64,000 nucleotides of DNA from Alphaproteobacteria bacterium (GCA_965248835.1 CBDFLJ010000002.1:1920001-1984000); one strand, 5' to 3'; numbered from the stretch's first letter, positions 52,052-61,817 are shown. Notes: generated by a model from the letters alone, not told the origin. Program-made: numbers and translations.

Positions 52052-53128
52052 ATGTCCTGTCTCTCGAAACGGCGATCCTCGAGTCCGTTGCGCTCTTTTT
52101 TGACCTGGACAGTCGGCGCGGCGGCAAGCCTGCTCGTCGCCCTGCCCGCCGCGGTCCCGGCCTTTGCCGGCGGCTCCGCGGTGGTGTTCATCTACCACCG
52201 CTTCGGCGAAAGCGCGTATCCTTCGACCAACACCACGATCGCGCAGCTCCAGGCACACATCCAGGTGCTGACCAGCGGCAGGTTCAACGTCATGCCGCTG
52301 CCGGAAATCGTCGCCGCGATCCGTAGAGGCCGCGATCTGCCGGACCGCACAATCGGCATCAGCATCGACGACGCCTTCAAGTCGCTCTACAACGAAGCCT
52401 GGCCACGCCTGCGCGCGGCGAAGCTTCCCTTCACCGTGTTCATCGCAACCGACCTGACCGAAGGGAAGCATGGCGCCTATATGAACTGGGACCAGGTGCG
52501 CGAGATCGCCGCCAGCCCGCTGGTGACCATCGGCGGCCACACCGCGTCGCACCCGCACATGCCGATGCTGGATGCGCCGAAGAACGCCGCGGAGATCGAG
52601 AAATCGAATGACAGGTTCCAGGCCGAGCTCGGCATGCGACCCGACCTGTTCGCCTATCCTTACGGCGAATACAGCCTAGACATCCGCCGCACGGTCACCG
52701 ATGCCGGATTCGTCGCAGCGTTCGGCCAGCACTCCGGCGTGCTCCATAACGGCGCCGATCCATACTTCCTGCCGCGGTTTGCGATGAACGAAACCTATGG
52801 CAACAAGAACCGCTTCATATTGGCAGCCAACGCCCTGCCGCTGGAGACCAGCGACATCACGCCGCTGGATCCGCTGCTGAGGAAGGCCGACAACCCGCCG
52901 ATTTTCGCGTTCACGGTAAGGGGTGCCGCGCGCAAGTCGGTGGCCTCGATCGCGTGCTACGCATCGGGCCAGGGCCGCACCGACCTGCAGCGCCTCGGCC
53001 CGGATCGGGTCCAGGTCCGGGTCGCCGACGCATTCCCGGCCGGCCGCGCCCGGATCAACTGCACCATGCCGGCTCGCGAGGGCCGATGGCGCTGGTTCGG
53101 CATGCAGTTCTACGTCCCGAAACCGTAG
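52052..53128 (+). CDS. Exported polysaccharide deacetylase (CE4/NodB family)
   Basis: Signal-like segment ending AFA, YHRF, ISIDDA, GHTASHPHM, FAYPYGE, LPRF. Confidence 0.88.
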   Translation: MSCLSKRRSSSPLRSFLTWTVGAAASLLVALPAAVPAFAGGSAVVFIYHRFGESAYPSTNTTIAQLQAHIQVLTSGRFNVMPLPEIVAAIRRGRDLPDRTIGISIDDAFKSLYNEAWPRLRAAKLPFTVFIATDLTEGKHGAYMNWDQVREIAASPLVTIGGHTASHPHMPMLDAPKNAAEIEKSNDRFQAELGMRPDLFAYPYGEYSLDIRRTVTDAGFVAAFGQHSGVLHNGADPYFLPRFAMNETYGNKNRFILAANALPLETSDITPLDPLLRKADNPPIFAFTVRGAARKSVASIACYASGQGRTDLQRLGPDRVQVRVADAFPAGRARINCTMPAREGRWRWFGMQFYVPKP

Positions 53129-53154
53129 CGGTCTCCCACGGCATCACCGCGCAC

Positions 53155-54753
53155 ATGGCAAGCGCAAGACAAGATGGGCGTGTGAAGGATTGCCGGTCCG
53201 TGGCGCGGCTCGCGGTCCTCGTGTTCACGGCGCTGGCATCGGGAGCCGCATGCGCCGGTTCGGCGCCGCCGGATGCGCTGGTCGACCAGGCGATGCGGCG
53301 CTGGGAGGTGCCGGGCCTTGCCTATGCCGTCTTCGAGGACGGGGCGATCGGCAAGGTCGCGACGTTCGGGCTGCGCGATGTCGAGGCCGCGCGTCCCGTG
53401 ACCCGGCGCACGGTCTTCGCGCTGGGATCGATCAGCAAGTCGTTCACGGTCGGCTTGCTCTGGCGGCTCGCCGAGGATGGCCGCCTGGACTGGGACGCGG
53501 CGCCGGCACGCTATGTGGAGGGCTTCCGATTTTCACCGGGACCGCCGGGCAGGCCGGTCACGGTGCGCGACCTCGTTTCCCACCGCAGCGGCTTGCCGCG
53601 CCATGACGCGCTTTGGTACCTCGAAGCCTATAGCGGCGAGGCGCTGCTTTCCCGGATCAGGCACCTGCGCCGCTTCGCCGCACCGGGCGAGGCATTCGAA
53701 TACAGCAACCTTCTGCTGATGCTGGCCGGGCGTGTCGCACGCGCCATTACCGGGACCGCCTGGCGCGAAGCGGTGCCGCGATTTCTCACCCGGCCGTTGG
53801 GGATGTCACGAATCCGGATCAGCTATCGGGCTTTCCTCGCTGCCGGCATCGAGCGCGCTCGGGGCTATTACCCCGCCGATGACGGACGGACCGCGATCCC
53901 CGTGCGAAACACCGACCCGATCGCGCCGGCAGCAGCGATCTATGCCGATATCGAAGATGCCGCGCGCTGGCTTGCAATGCTGGCCGGCCGCGGCCGCATC
54001 GGCGACCGCCGGGTGCTGTCGAGGACCTCCGTCGAGGCGATGTGGAGGCCCGCAAGCGTCGCGCTCGGACCAGCCTCGGCGCCCGAACTCGATCCGGTGC
54101 GCTACGGCATGGGATTCTACCTGACGCTCTACCGGGCGCGGCAACTCGTCTACCACCCCGGTGTGATCGACGGCTATGCCGCGCTGATTGCGATCCTGCC
54201 GGAGACCGGCTTCGGGGTCATCGTGCTGACCAACCGGTCGGGCGCCAACCCGGTGCCGGCGATCCTGGTCTACGCGGCGCTCGACCGCCATCTGGGCAAG
54301 CAACCGATCGATTGGATCGCACGCTATCGGAGTGCCGCTCAGCGCCGGAAAGACCGCGCCCGGGAGCGCGCGGACAAAGACCTTCAACTCGCCCACCGCC
54401 GCCGGGAGCTCGCGCCCCGGCACTCCTACGCCGCTTCCGCCTATGCCGGGACGTACCGCCATCCGGCCTACGGCGCGATCGTTGTGTCGGTGCTGGGAAC
54501 GGACAGGCTCGCCGGGCGCATGCACGGGCGCGCCTTCGCGCTCGAACGATGGGGCGCGCTGCGGTGGCGCCTCACCGAGACCCATTGGCCGTTGCGCGAA
54601 GGGCTGATTTTCGATTTCACGCCGGGCGATGGATCAGCAATGCGTTCGCTGGCCGCAGCGATTGCAGATGGCCCGACCTATCGCCACAACCCGGGACCCT
54701 TGCATTTCGAACGGATTCCGCGAGAAAGCGATCGAAACATCCCGCCGCCGTGA
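53155..54753 (+). CDS. Serine hydrolase (beta-lactamase/AmpC-like family) with a C-terminal extra domain
   Basis: SISK (SxxK), DLVSHRSGL, FEYSN, YHPG, C-terminal YAGTYRHPAYG; start uncertain. Confidence 0.88.
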   Translation: MASARQDGRVKDCRSVARLAVLVFTALASGAACAGSAPPDALVDQAMRRWEVPGLAYAVFEDGAIGKVATFGLRDVEAARPVTRRTVFALGSISKSFTVGLLWRLAEDGRLDWDAAPARYVEGFRFSPGPPGRPVTVRDLVSHRSGLPRHDALWYLEAYSGEALLSRIRHLRRFAAPGEAFEYSNLLLMLAGRVARAITGTAWREAVPRFLTRPLGMSRIRISYRAFLAAGIERARGYYPADDGRTAIPVRNTDPIAPAAAIYADIEDAARWLAMLAGRGRIGDRRVLSRTSVEAMWRPASVALGPASAPELDPVRYGMGFYLTLYRARQLVYHPGVIDGYAALIAILPETGFGVIVLTNRSGANPVPAILVYAALDRHLGKQPIDWIARYRSAAQRRKDRARERADKDLQLAHRRRELAPRHSYAASAYAGTYRHPAYGAIVVSVLGTDRLAGRMHGRAFALERWGALRWRLTETHWPLREGLIFDFTPGDGSAMRSLAAAIADGPTYRHNPGPLHFERIPRESDRNIPPP

Positions 54754-54760
54754 GCGCGCC

Positions 54761-55270
54761 TCAGGCGAGCGGGCGCATTTTCAGCTTCATGCCGACGACC
54801 TTGTAGATATCGAGCCCGGTCAGGGTGACGATCTCGTTCAACGGCAGTCTGGTCTCGCTCAGCAGCACCCGGGCAAAGCTTTGCGAATCCCGTTTCCGGC
54901 CGTTGTAGCGCTGGCTGACATGAAAGTCGGCGCCGCTTCTTTCGCTCCGTGCCGCGGCGCGGCGATCAAGCCCGCGTGAGATCGCATCGCGCAATGCGCG
55001 TTCGTAGCGCTCCTTGTCCGCCCTCATCCGGGCTTCGGACAGGTTGATGATGTCGGCCATCTCGCGCGCGCTGTACTCGCGCGCCATCTCGCGCAACGGC
55101 GGCGGGTCAGGCTCCGGCTCGGGCGCGCGCGCGGCGTCTTGGAGCGACAATCCGTGCCGGCCGGCGAGCCGCTTCGCGGCAGTCAACGCGTTCGCACGCT
55201 CGCCCGAGAACGGGCTTTCCGCTGCGATCTTCAGGAACGTAAGGAATCTGTCGCGATCGGCCTCGCCCAT
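54761..55270 (-). CDS. Hypothetical protein
   Basis: Plausible helical ORF (ESPFSGERANAL.AA.RL..RHG; C-terminal LPLNEIVTLTGLDIY); the frame is open to 55342. Confidence 0.6.
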   Translation of the reverse strand: MGEADRDRFLTFLKIAAESPFSGERANALTAAKRLAGRHGLSLQDAARAPEPEPDPPPLREMAREYSAREMADIINLSEARMRADKERYERALRDAISRGLDRRAAARSERSGADFHVSQRYNGRKRDSQSFARVLLSETRLPLNEIVTLTGLDIYKVVGMKLKMRPLA

Positions 55271-55499
55271 CGCGCGGCTGTCTCGGGCGGTCTTCCCGTG
55301 CTGGTGGTTCCGTTCCATCACGGCCAGCATACCATATTTCACGGACGGCCCTTGCGCGGAAGAACCGCATTGCGAGCCGCTTGATCACCGGCGTCCGGTT
55401 GCGGCCCGGCCGCGCTTCATCCATTTTCTATCGTTCCTGGCGGTCTGTAGCGACCGCGCATTTCGAACGGATCGGCACGCGGAGCTTCGAGCGACCACC

Positions 55500-56075
55500 A
55501 TGTCCGGCAGCCAGAACCCATCGATCAAGGCCATGAGCGAGTACGGCCCGGTCCTGGTGTTTTTCGCCGCCTACATGCTGGGCGACCTGTTCGTTGCAAC
55601 CGCTTCCCTGATGGCCGCAACGGCGATCGCCCTGGCCGTCTCCTACATCGTGGACAAGCGGGTCCCGATGATGCCGCTGATCACCGCCGCCGTCGTCGGC
55701 GTGTTCGGCGGGCTGACGCTGTGGCTCAACGACGAGACCTTCATCAAGCTCAAGCCGACCATCGTCCAGGGGCTGATCGCCCTGGTCCTGTTCGGCGGGC
55801 TCGCCTGCGGAAGGCCGCTGCTCAAGCCCCTGATGGGTGCGGCCTGGCCGATGAATGAGGAAGGCTGGCGCCGGCTCACCTTGCGCTTTGCGCTGTTCTT
55901 CACGGCGATGGCGGCCCTGAACGAGCTTGTCTGGCGGACCCAGACGACCGATGTCTGGGTCTCGTTCAAGGTCTTCGGGCTGATAGGGCTTACCTTCGCC
56001 TTCAGCCTCGCCCAGTTGCCGCTGCTCAACCGCCACCGCATCCCCGATCGGCCTTCGGACGCCGGCGGCACCTGA
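55500..56075 (+). CDS. ispZ: Inner membrane protein YciB/IspZ (septation protein A)
   Basis: EYGP...FF, FGGLTL..NDETFIKLKPT, LNE.VWR, WV.FKVFG. Confidence 0.93.
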   Translation: MSGSQNPSIKAMSEYGPVLVFFAAYMLGDLFVATASLMAATAIALAVSYIVDKRVPMMPLITAAVVGVFGGLTLWLNDETFIKLKPTIVQGLIALVLFGGLACGRPLLKPLMGAAWPMNEEGWRRLTLRFALFFTAMAALNELVWRTQTTDVWVSFKVFGLIGLTFAFSLAQLPLLNRHRIPDRPSDAGGT

Positions 56076-56143
56076 GCGCGGCTTTGCTCCGCAGCGTTTT
56101 CGCCCTATCTTCCCTTCAGCAACCAGCCAGAAACGGGGATGCC

Positions 56144-56698
56144 ATGTTCATCCAGACCGAGCCCACCCCCAACCCGGCGACGATGAAGTTCCTTCCCGGC
56201 CGGACCATCATGACCGAGGGGACCGCGCATTTCGCCAGTGCGGAGGCGGCCGAGGCGCGCTCGCCGCTGGCAAGCCGGCTGTTCACCGTCGATGGGGTCA
56301 CCGGCGTATTCCTGGGCGCCGATTTCATCAGCATCACCAAGGAGGACGGGCTGGAATGGCATGTCCTCAAGCCGTCTGTCCTGGGCGCGCTGATGGAGCA
56401 CCTGAGCGCCGGCCAGCCGATCCTTCACCCTTTGGAAGACGGAGCGCCGGTCGAGGACGAACCGGACGACGAGGTCGTCGCGCAGATCAAGGAGTTGCTC
56501 GACACTCGCGTGCGGCCGGCCGTGGCCATGGACGGCGGCGACATCGTCTTCCACGGCTTCGAGAACGGCGTGGTCTACCTGCACATGCAGGGCGCGTGCT
56601 CGGGCTGCCCGAGCTCGACGGCAACGCTCAAGATGGGCGTGGAGAACCTGCTCAAGCACTACGTCCCAGAGGTCGCCCGGGTGGAGCCGATCCTCTGA
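56144..56698 (+). CDS. nfuA: NifU/Nfu-family Fe-S carrier
   Basis: MFIQTE.TPNPAT.KFLPG, RVRPAVA.DGGDI, GACSGCPSS..TLK. Confidence 0.92.
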   Translation: MFIQTEPTPNPATMKFLPGRTIMTEGTAHFASAEAAEARSPLASRLFTVDGVTGVFLGADFISITKEDGLEWHVLKPSVLGALMEHLSAGQPILHPLEDGAPVEDEPDDEVVAQIKELLDTRVRPAVAMDGGDIVFHGFENGVVYLHMQGACSGCPSSTATLKMGVENLLKHYVPEVARVEPIL

Positions 56699-56705
56699 GA
56701 ACGGC

Positions 56706-57035
56706 TCAATAGGGCTCCAGCGAGGTGTCGATCCGCTCGGCCCAGGCGTTGATCCCGCCGGCGACATTGGTCGCATTTTCGTAACCGCTGGCGCGCAGCC
56801 ACTGGGTGACCTTGAGGCTGCGGCCGCCGCTGCGGCACAGGACCGCGATCGTACGGTCCTTGGGCAGTTCGGCCACCCGTTCGGGCACCGTTCCCATCGG
56901 GATGTCGATACTGCCCGACAGCGCAATTATCGCCAGCTCATGTGGCTCGCGCACGTCGAGCAGGGCGTGGTCCTCGCCGTCGCGGCGCATGCGGTCGAGG
57001 TCCTCGACGGTGATTTCCAGCGGCAGGTCGATCAT
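56706..57035 (-). CDS. Single-domain rhodanese / sulfurtransferase
   Basis: LLDVREP.E, CRSGGRS, GGINAW...D.....Y. Confidence 0.9.
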   Translation of the reverse strand: MIDLPLEITVEDLDRMRRDGEDHALLDVREPHELAIIALSGSIDIPMGTVPERVAELPKDRTIAVLCRSGGRSLKVTQWLRASGYENATNVAGGINAWAERIDTSLEPY

Positions 57036-57049
57036 CTCGCGGCCTCCGT

Positions 57050-58045
57050 CTAGATCTTCGAGATTTCAAAGGTCGATGGCGCGAACAGGTCCTCGGCGCT
57101 CAGCCTGCGCTCCGACAGGCCCTGATCGAAGGAATACCGGGCCAGCGTGTCGATCTCATGGGCGCATTCCTTGATCCCGTAGCGCCAATAATCCTCGCCC
57201 ATCAGAGCCCGGGTCTCCAGCGCCTCGGCCTCGACCCAGGGAAGGGTCACGTTCAGCGCCGCGATCTGGCGGACCTCCTCGAGCGCGATCTGCTTGGCCT
57301 TCAGCAATGCCTTGTAGAGGCTGCCCGGGAGCCAGGGATATTGTTCGGCCAGCTCTTTCTTGATGCCGACCAGGTGCATGATCGGGAACAGCTTGGTCTT
57401 TTCCCAATAGGCGCGCTCGACCTGTCGGTAGTCGGGGAACAGGCGGGCGATGCCGGGCTTGCCTTCGATGAAGCTCGAGGGTGCACGCGCGGTCAGCAGC
57501 GCATCGAGCTCGCCGGCCTCGAACAGCTCGACCAGGGTCTTGTCTTCCGGGATCGGTTGCAGGTCGACCCCGTTAGTGAGCACCAGCGGGGTGCGCTCGT
57601 CGCGGCCGGGCTCCTCCTGGCCGCCCGAGCGCCAGTGGATGTCGATCGGCTTGACGCCATATTCGTCCTCCAGCATGCCGCGCATCCACACCGGTGCGGT
57701 CATCTGGTATTCCGGCACGCCGACGGTCCTGCCCCGCAGGTCTTCAGGCTTCTCGATGCCGCGGTCGGTGCGGATATAGATCCCCGAATGGCGAAAGACG
57801 CGGCTGACGAAGGTCGGTATGCCGATGAACGGGCTGGTGCCGCGCGAGGTGACGATCATGTAGCTGGAGAACGACAGCTCGCAGGCGTCGAACTCCTGGT
57901 AGCGGAAGGCGCGGAAGAAGACCTCTTCGGGTTCCATCGGGATGAAGGTGACTTCGCAGCCCTCGACCTCGACCCGGCCGTCCTTGATCGCGGCAACCCG
58001 GTCGTAGTCGCCGCATGCGATGGTGAGCGGCACCTTGCTGGTCAT
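57050..58045 (-). CDS. 4,5-dihydroxyphthalate decarboxylase (OphC/PhtD)-like protein, SBP-II fold, copy B
   Basis: LTIACGDYDR, EEVFFRAF...EFD..ELS, SR.FRH, GVPEYQMTA.VW.RG, FPIMH; GGAGG RBS; no signal peptide. Confidence 0.82.
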   Translation of the reverse strand: MTSKVPLTIACGDYDRVAAIKDGRVEVEGCEVTFIPMEPEEVFFRAFRYQEFDACELSFSSYMIVTSRGTSPFIGIPTFVSRVFRHSGIYIRTDRGIEKPEDLRGRTVGVPEYQMTAPVWMRGMLEDEYGVKPIDIHWRSGGQEEPGRDERTPLVLTNGVDLQPIPEDKTLVELFEAGELDALLTARAPSSFIEGKPGIARLFPDYRQVERAYWEKTKLFPIMHLVGIKKELAEQYPWLPGSLYKALLKAKQIALEEVRQIAALNVTLPWVEAEALETRALMGEDYWRYGIKECAHEIDTLARYSFDQGLSERRLSAEDLFAPSTFEISKI

Positions 58046-58181
58046 CCTCGCCTCCCCTGCCCGGTTCAGACCGGCCGAAACTACATTCCCCGTGCGGTGG
58101 CTGCAAACCGGCACGCCGCCCGCAAAAGGCGAAGCTCGAGCGGGACGATGGTTCGCCGCTGAACGTGCCGGCGCGGCGGCG

Positions 58182-58646
58182 TCAGGGCTGTGCGCGGATG
58201 TGCGGTCCGAGATCGGCGAGATCGGCGTCGGTCTTGAACCCGGCGGCGCGAATGCCGAAGGCGACGAGTTCTTCGTCCTCCTCCTCGGTGGCGCCGGTGA
58301 CGCCGACGGCACCGAGAATGTTGCCGTCATCGTCGCGGATCAGCTCGCCGCCGCCGACCATGAACATCTTTTGCTCGCCAACGAAGGCCTGGACCTGGGC
58401 GACGAACTCCGGGCCTTGCTTCTGCCGCTCCCGCACCAGGGCGGAAGACCGACCCAACGCCAGCGAGGCGACGGCCTTGCCCAAGGCCATCTCGATGCGC
58501 GCCTGGGAGCAGCCGTCCTCACGCTGGGCCGACTTGATCCTGGCGCCGATGTCGGTGACCACCACGCAGAGCGGCCTGAGGTTCATCGCCCTGCCCTTGT
58601 CGAGAATGGGCACGATGATGGCGTTCGATCTCTCGAGGCTGAGCAT
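58182..58646 (-). CDS. GlcG/HbpS (DUF336) heme-binding family protein
   Basis: VVV.D.G, REDG, A.GKA, GG..I, LGAVGVTG..EEDE. Confidence 0.82.
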   Translation of the reverse strand: MLSLERSNAIIVPILDKGRAMNLRPLCVVVTDIGARIKSAQREDGCSQARIEMALGKAVASLALGRSSALVRERQKQGPEFVAQVQAFVGEQKMFMVGGGELIRDDDGNILGAVGVTGATEEEDEELVAFGIRAAGFKTDADLADLGPHIRAQP

Positions 58647-58661
58647 CGCCGCGCGGATCCG

Positions 58662-59057
58662 CTAGGACAGGACCGCGATGGCGTTGATCTCGATCAGGTA
58701 GTCGGGCGAGACCATCTTCGTCACCTCGACCATGGTCGATGCCGGCGCCGGTGCCTTGAAATATTCGCGGCGGACTTTGTGGATCAGGTCGAAATGCTCG
58801 ATATTGCGCACGAACACGTCGACGCGGCAGATGTCGTCGAGCGTGCCGCCGGCAGCTTCGACGGCGGATTTCAGGTTCTCGCACACCTGCCGGGTCTGGG
58901 CCTCGACATCGCCGATGCCGGCAATCGATCCGTCGGGCAGGCGGGCGGTCATGCCGGAGATGAAGACGAACCGGCCGGTGCCCTCGACCGCGATCGCCTG
59001 GGAGAAATGACCGATCGGCGCGCCGACCTCGCCGGTGGTGATCTGTTCCCTGGGCAT
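58662..59057 (-). CDS. Rid (YjgF/YER057c/UK114) family protein
   Basis: FSQA, FISGMT, QTRQV.EN, PASTMVEV, LIEINAIA. Confidence 0.88.
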   Translation of the reverse strand: MPREQITTGEVGAPIGHFSQAIAVEGTGRFVFISGMTARLPDGSIAGIGDVEAQTRQVCENLKSAVEAAGGTLDDICRVDVFVRNIEHFDLIHKVRREYFKAPAPASTMVEVTKMVSPDYLIEINAIAVLS

Positions 59058-59081
59058 CGTTGCTCTGCCTCCGTTGCGAAT

Positions 59082-60071
59082 CTAGACCTTGAAGCTGCTC
59101 TGAACCTCTGGCGGGAACAGATCCTCTACCGTGAGATGGCGGCGGCACACGCCCTGCTCGAAGCCGTATTGAAGAAACGCTTCGAGCGTGGTGCGGTTCG
59201 CCTCCATGCCGTAGGGAAAGAAGTCCTCGCCGAACAGATCCCTGGCGCGCTCGGCCGCCTCGTAGCACCAGGCGAAGGGAAACCGCGTCGCGGTGATTTC
59301 GCGCGCCCGGGCGATGGCATTCGCCTTGGCCTTCTCGAAGGCGCGCAACAGGTTCATCGCGACCCAGCGGTTGGCCTCGAACATTTCGGCGCGCAGGGCG
59401 ATGACATGCATGATCGGAAAGATGCCGGTCTCGCGGTAATAGGCTTCCTCGACCTGTCGGTAGTCGGGGTAGAGCTGGACGATCTCGCCGGTGCCGTCCT
59501 CGAACGGGCCGGGCGGGTGGGCCGACATCACCGCGTCGAGGTCGCCTTCCATCAGCATCCCGGTCAGGCTGCGCTCGGGCTCGTTGCGGTAGCGCACGCC
59601 CTCGGGCAGACGCAAATCGACCTTCTCGACCCGGCCGGGCTGGTTGACGCCGGCCTGGACCCATTCGATCTCCTGGAGCGGAATGCCGATCTGGTGAACC
59701 AGCCATCCGCGGGTGTAGATCGATGCCGTCTGCGCCCATTCCGGAATGCCGATCCGCTTGCCGGCGAGCCCCGATGCGTCCCTGATCGGGCTGCCGGCGC
59801 GCACGAACAGCGAGGACTGGCGAAACACCCGGGAAGGGAAGACCGGGATCGCCGTGATCGAGGCATCGTCCTGGGACTTCAGCGCGATGTACTTGCCCAT
59901 CGACATTTCCGAGACGTCCCATTCCCGGAACTTGGTGAACCGGTAGAAAATCTCCTCGATCGTCAGGCGCAAACAGTTGAGATCGACGCCCTCGACCGGG
60001 ACCAGCCCGCTGGTCAGGTCGTCGAAATGCGCGTATTCGCTCGCGGCGAAGGTAAGCGGGAGCCGGCTCAT
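59082..60071 (-). CDS. 4,5-dihydroxyphthalate decarboxylase (OphC/PhtD)-like protein, SBP-II fold, copy A
   Basis: EEIFYRF...WDVSEMS, PVFPSRVFR, GIPEWAQTA..Y.RG, TGIFPIMH, PYG..ANR..LE; TGATG coupling to the upstream HDO gene. Confidence 0.85.
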   Translation of the reverse strand: MSRLPLTFAASEYAHFDDLTSGLVPVEGVDLNCLRLTIEEIFYRFTKFREWDVSEMSMGKYIALKSQDDASITAIPVFPSRVFRQSSLFVRAGSPIRDASGLAGKRIGIPEWAQTASIYTRGWLVHQIGIPLQEIEWVQAGVNQPGRVEKVDLRLPEGVRYRNEPERSLTGMLMEGDLDAVMSAHPPGPFEDGTGEIVQLYPDYRQVEEAYYRETGIFPIMHVIALRAEMFEANRWVAMNLLRAFEKAKANAIARAREITATRFPFAWCYEAAERARDLFGEDFFPYGMEANRTTLEAFLQYGFEQGVCRRHLTVEDLFPPEVQSSFKV

Positions 60072-60790
60072 CAGCGGATCAGCGCATCGCCGGCTTCGCA
60101 GATGCCGTTCCAGTAGTTTTCCCAGACCATCAGATTGACCCGGCACGCCTCGACGACGGCATCCTCCATGCCGAGATCGGCGGCATAGTTGGCGACCGCG
60201 TTCCAGCCGATATCGGAATGCTCCATATCGGCCTCGTGGTGCAGCTTGAAGAAGTTGAGTTGCTCGTCGGACAGCCCGAAAGCCTCGCGCCAGCGCCGCC
60301 GCTCGACCCCCAGCCAGCCAATCTCGCGGAGTTCGCCGCCGCCGTAGCCCGGCAGCGCCGAGCGCTCGGCGCAGGTATTGGCGACCAGCCCCTCCAGCCA
60401 GTGCCGGTTGCTCATCAACGCCTCCCAGGCGAGCCAACTCAGCCGGGTGCTGGGCAGCAGCGGGGCGGCGCGGATCTCCTCGCGGTCCATCCCGAGCGCC
60501 ACACCCAGGTCCTCGACGATCTCCCAATGCGGCCGACCGCCGCCATACTCGTGGTCGGCGATGATCTCCTGGCTGCAGGCGTGGATGATATCGAGCTTGA
60601 TATCCCATTCCGGGCAGTTGGTCGCGACCCTGAGCTTGAGGACCGAGTTGCGATGCCGCGTGTTCTGGCGATGCTGCATGACGAACATCTTCGCCCGGCC
60701 GATATTCGTCTCCTCGTTGTAGATGCGGTTGCGGCTGGAGAAGTCATCGACCACCTGGTCGAGCCGTTCGATGACGTCGGACTTGCTCAT
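60071..60790 (-). CDS. Heme-oxygenase-like diiron (CADD/PqqC/TenA-fold) protein, HDO-2
   Basis: ATNCP, QEIIAD...RPHW, LG...GM..EE, NTCAE, FFKLHHEADMEH (HxxxDxxH). Confidence 0.78.
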   Translation of the reverse strand: MSKSDVIERLDQVVDDFSSRNRIYNEETNIGRAKMFVMQHRQNTRHRNSVLKLRVATNCPEWDIKLDIIHACSQEIIADHEYGGGRPHWEIVEDLGVALGMDREEIRAAPLLPSTRLSWLAWEALMSNRHWLEGLVANTCAERSALPGYGGGELREIGWLGVERRRWREAFGLSDEQLNFFKLHHEADMEHSDIGWNAVANYAADLGMEDAVVEACRVNLMVWENYWNGICEAGDALIR

Positions 60791-60820
60791 ACGCCTTGAT
60801 TTCCCTTCGTTATGACTGGA

Positions 60821-61744
60821 TCACGGAGCGCGCCAGAAACCGCCCCCGGAGCGGATCCGCTCCTCGGCCACGCGGCGGATGATCCCGTTGACCGCCTGGG
60901 CGGCGTTGGACGGGGCGCCCCGGCCGGCGCTGGCGATATGCAGCGTGCGCGAGATCCGCGGCCGGTCGATGCGCACCGCCCGCAGCCGGCCGCTGCGCAC
61001 CAGGTCCTGAACCGCGCCGTAAGGCAGCACCGTTGCGCCGATACCGGCCGCGACCAGTTCGCGCACGGTGGCCACCGAATCGACCTCGCAGGAGATATGA
61101 AGCGCGACCCCGCGCGCCTCCGCGGCCTGCTCGAGCAGCATGCGTGTGCCGTGCGGCTTGCTTGGCAGGATCATCTGATGGCGGTCGAGCCGGTTGAACG
61201 GCACCCGCACCTCGCTGCGCAACCCGTTCTCCACGGGGACCACCAGGAACAGGTCTTCGGTCAGCAGCGCATGGGTCCGGATACCTTTGACCGCCTCGGG
61301 GTTGTAGGTGAATCCGAGGTCGACGCGCCCCTCATCGAGCCATTTCATGACGTCTTCGCTGAGCCCCTCGACCAGGGTCAGCGCAATGCCGGGAAAGGCG
61401 GCGCTGCATTCCTGGACGATCCGCGTCGCCAGCAGCGCGCTCGCGGTGGGCGTGACGCCGAGCGACAAGCTGCCGCGCGGCGGCCCGGCGAGATCGATGA
61501 CTTCCTGGCGGGCGAGCTCGACCTGGCGCAAGATCACATTGGCGTGCTTCAGCAATGCGAGCCCGGCCTCCGTCGGTTCGACGCCGCGCGAATGCCGCAC
61601 CAGCAACGGCGAGCCAAGCTCGTCCTCCAGCTTCCTGACCTGGAACCCCAAGGCCGGTTGGGCGACGTGAACCCTCTCGGCTGCCTTGGTAAAGCTCTTC
61701 GCCTGGACCACTTCCATGAAATAACGCAATTGACGCACGTCCAT
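60821..61744 (-). CDS. LysR-family transcriptional regulator
   Basis: MDVRQLRYF...SFTKAA..HVAQPALG..V.KLE.ELG..LL.R..RGV..T.AG. Confidence 0.94.
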   Translation of the reverse strand: MDVRQLRYFMEVVQAKSFTKAAERVHVAQPALGFQVRKLEDELGSPLLVRHSRGVEPTEAGLALLKHANVILRQVELARQEVIDLAGPPRGSLSLGVTPTASALLATRIVQECSAAFPGIALTLVEGLSEDVMKWLDEGRVDLGFTYNPEAVKGIRTHALLTEDLFLVVPVENGLRSEVRVPFNRLDRHQMILPSKPHGTRMLLEQAAEARGVALHISCEVDSVATVRELVAAGIGATVLPYGAVQDLVRSGRLRAVRIDRPRISRTLHIASAGRGAPSNAAQAVNGIIRRVAEERIRSGGGFWRAP

Positions 61745-61800
61745 TGCGCGGCCCTTTGTCCCCGATCCCTTGGCAAAGAATATACGGCCTCGCCCCCGGC

Positions 61801-61817
61801 CATACAATTTTTCGATG
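61801..61817. promoter_or_regulatory. Putative LysR box
   Basis: CATACAATTTTTCGATG has a T-N11-A core with CAT/ATG dyad, about 57 nt upstream of the LysR start. Confidence 0.5.

Noticed and set aside
57050-60071. Calling the two SBP-fold genes ABC transporter binding proteins
   Set aside because: They have no signal peptides and no adjacent permease or ATPase genes, and their motifs fit the OphC/PhtD-like group better. The actual substrate is unproven.
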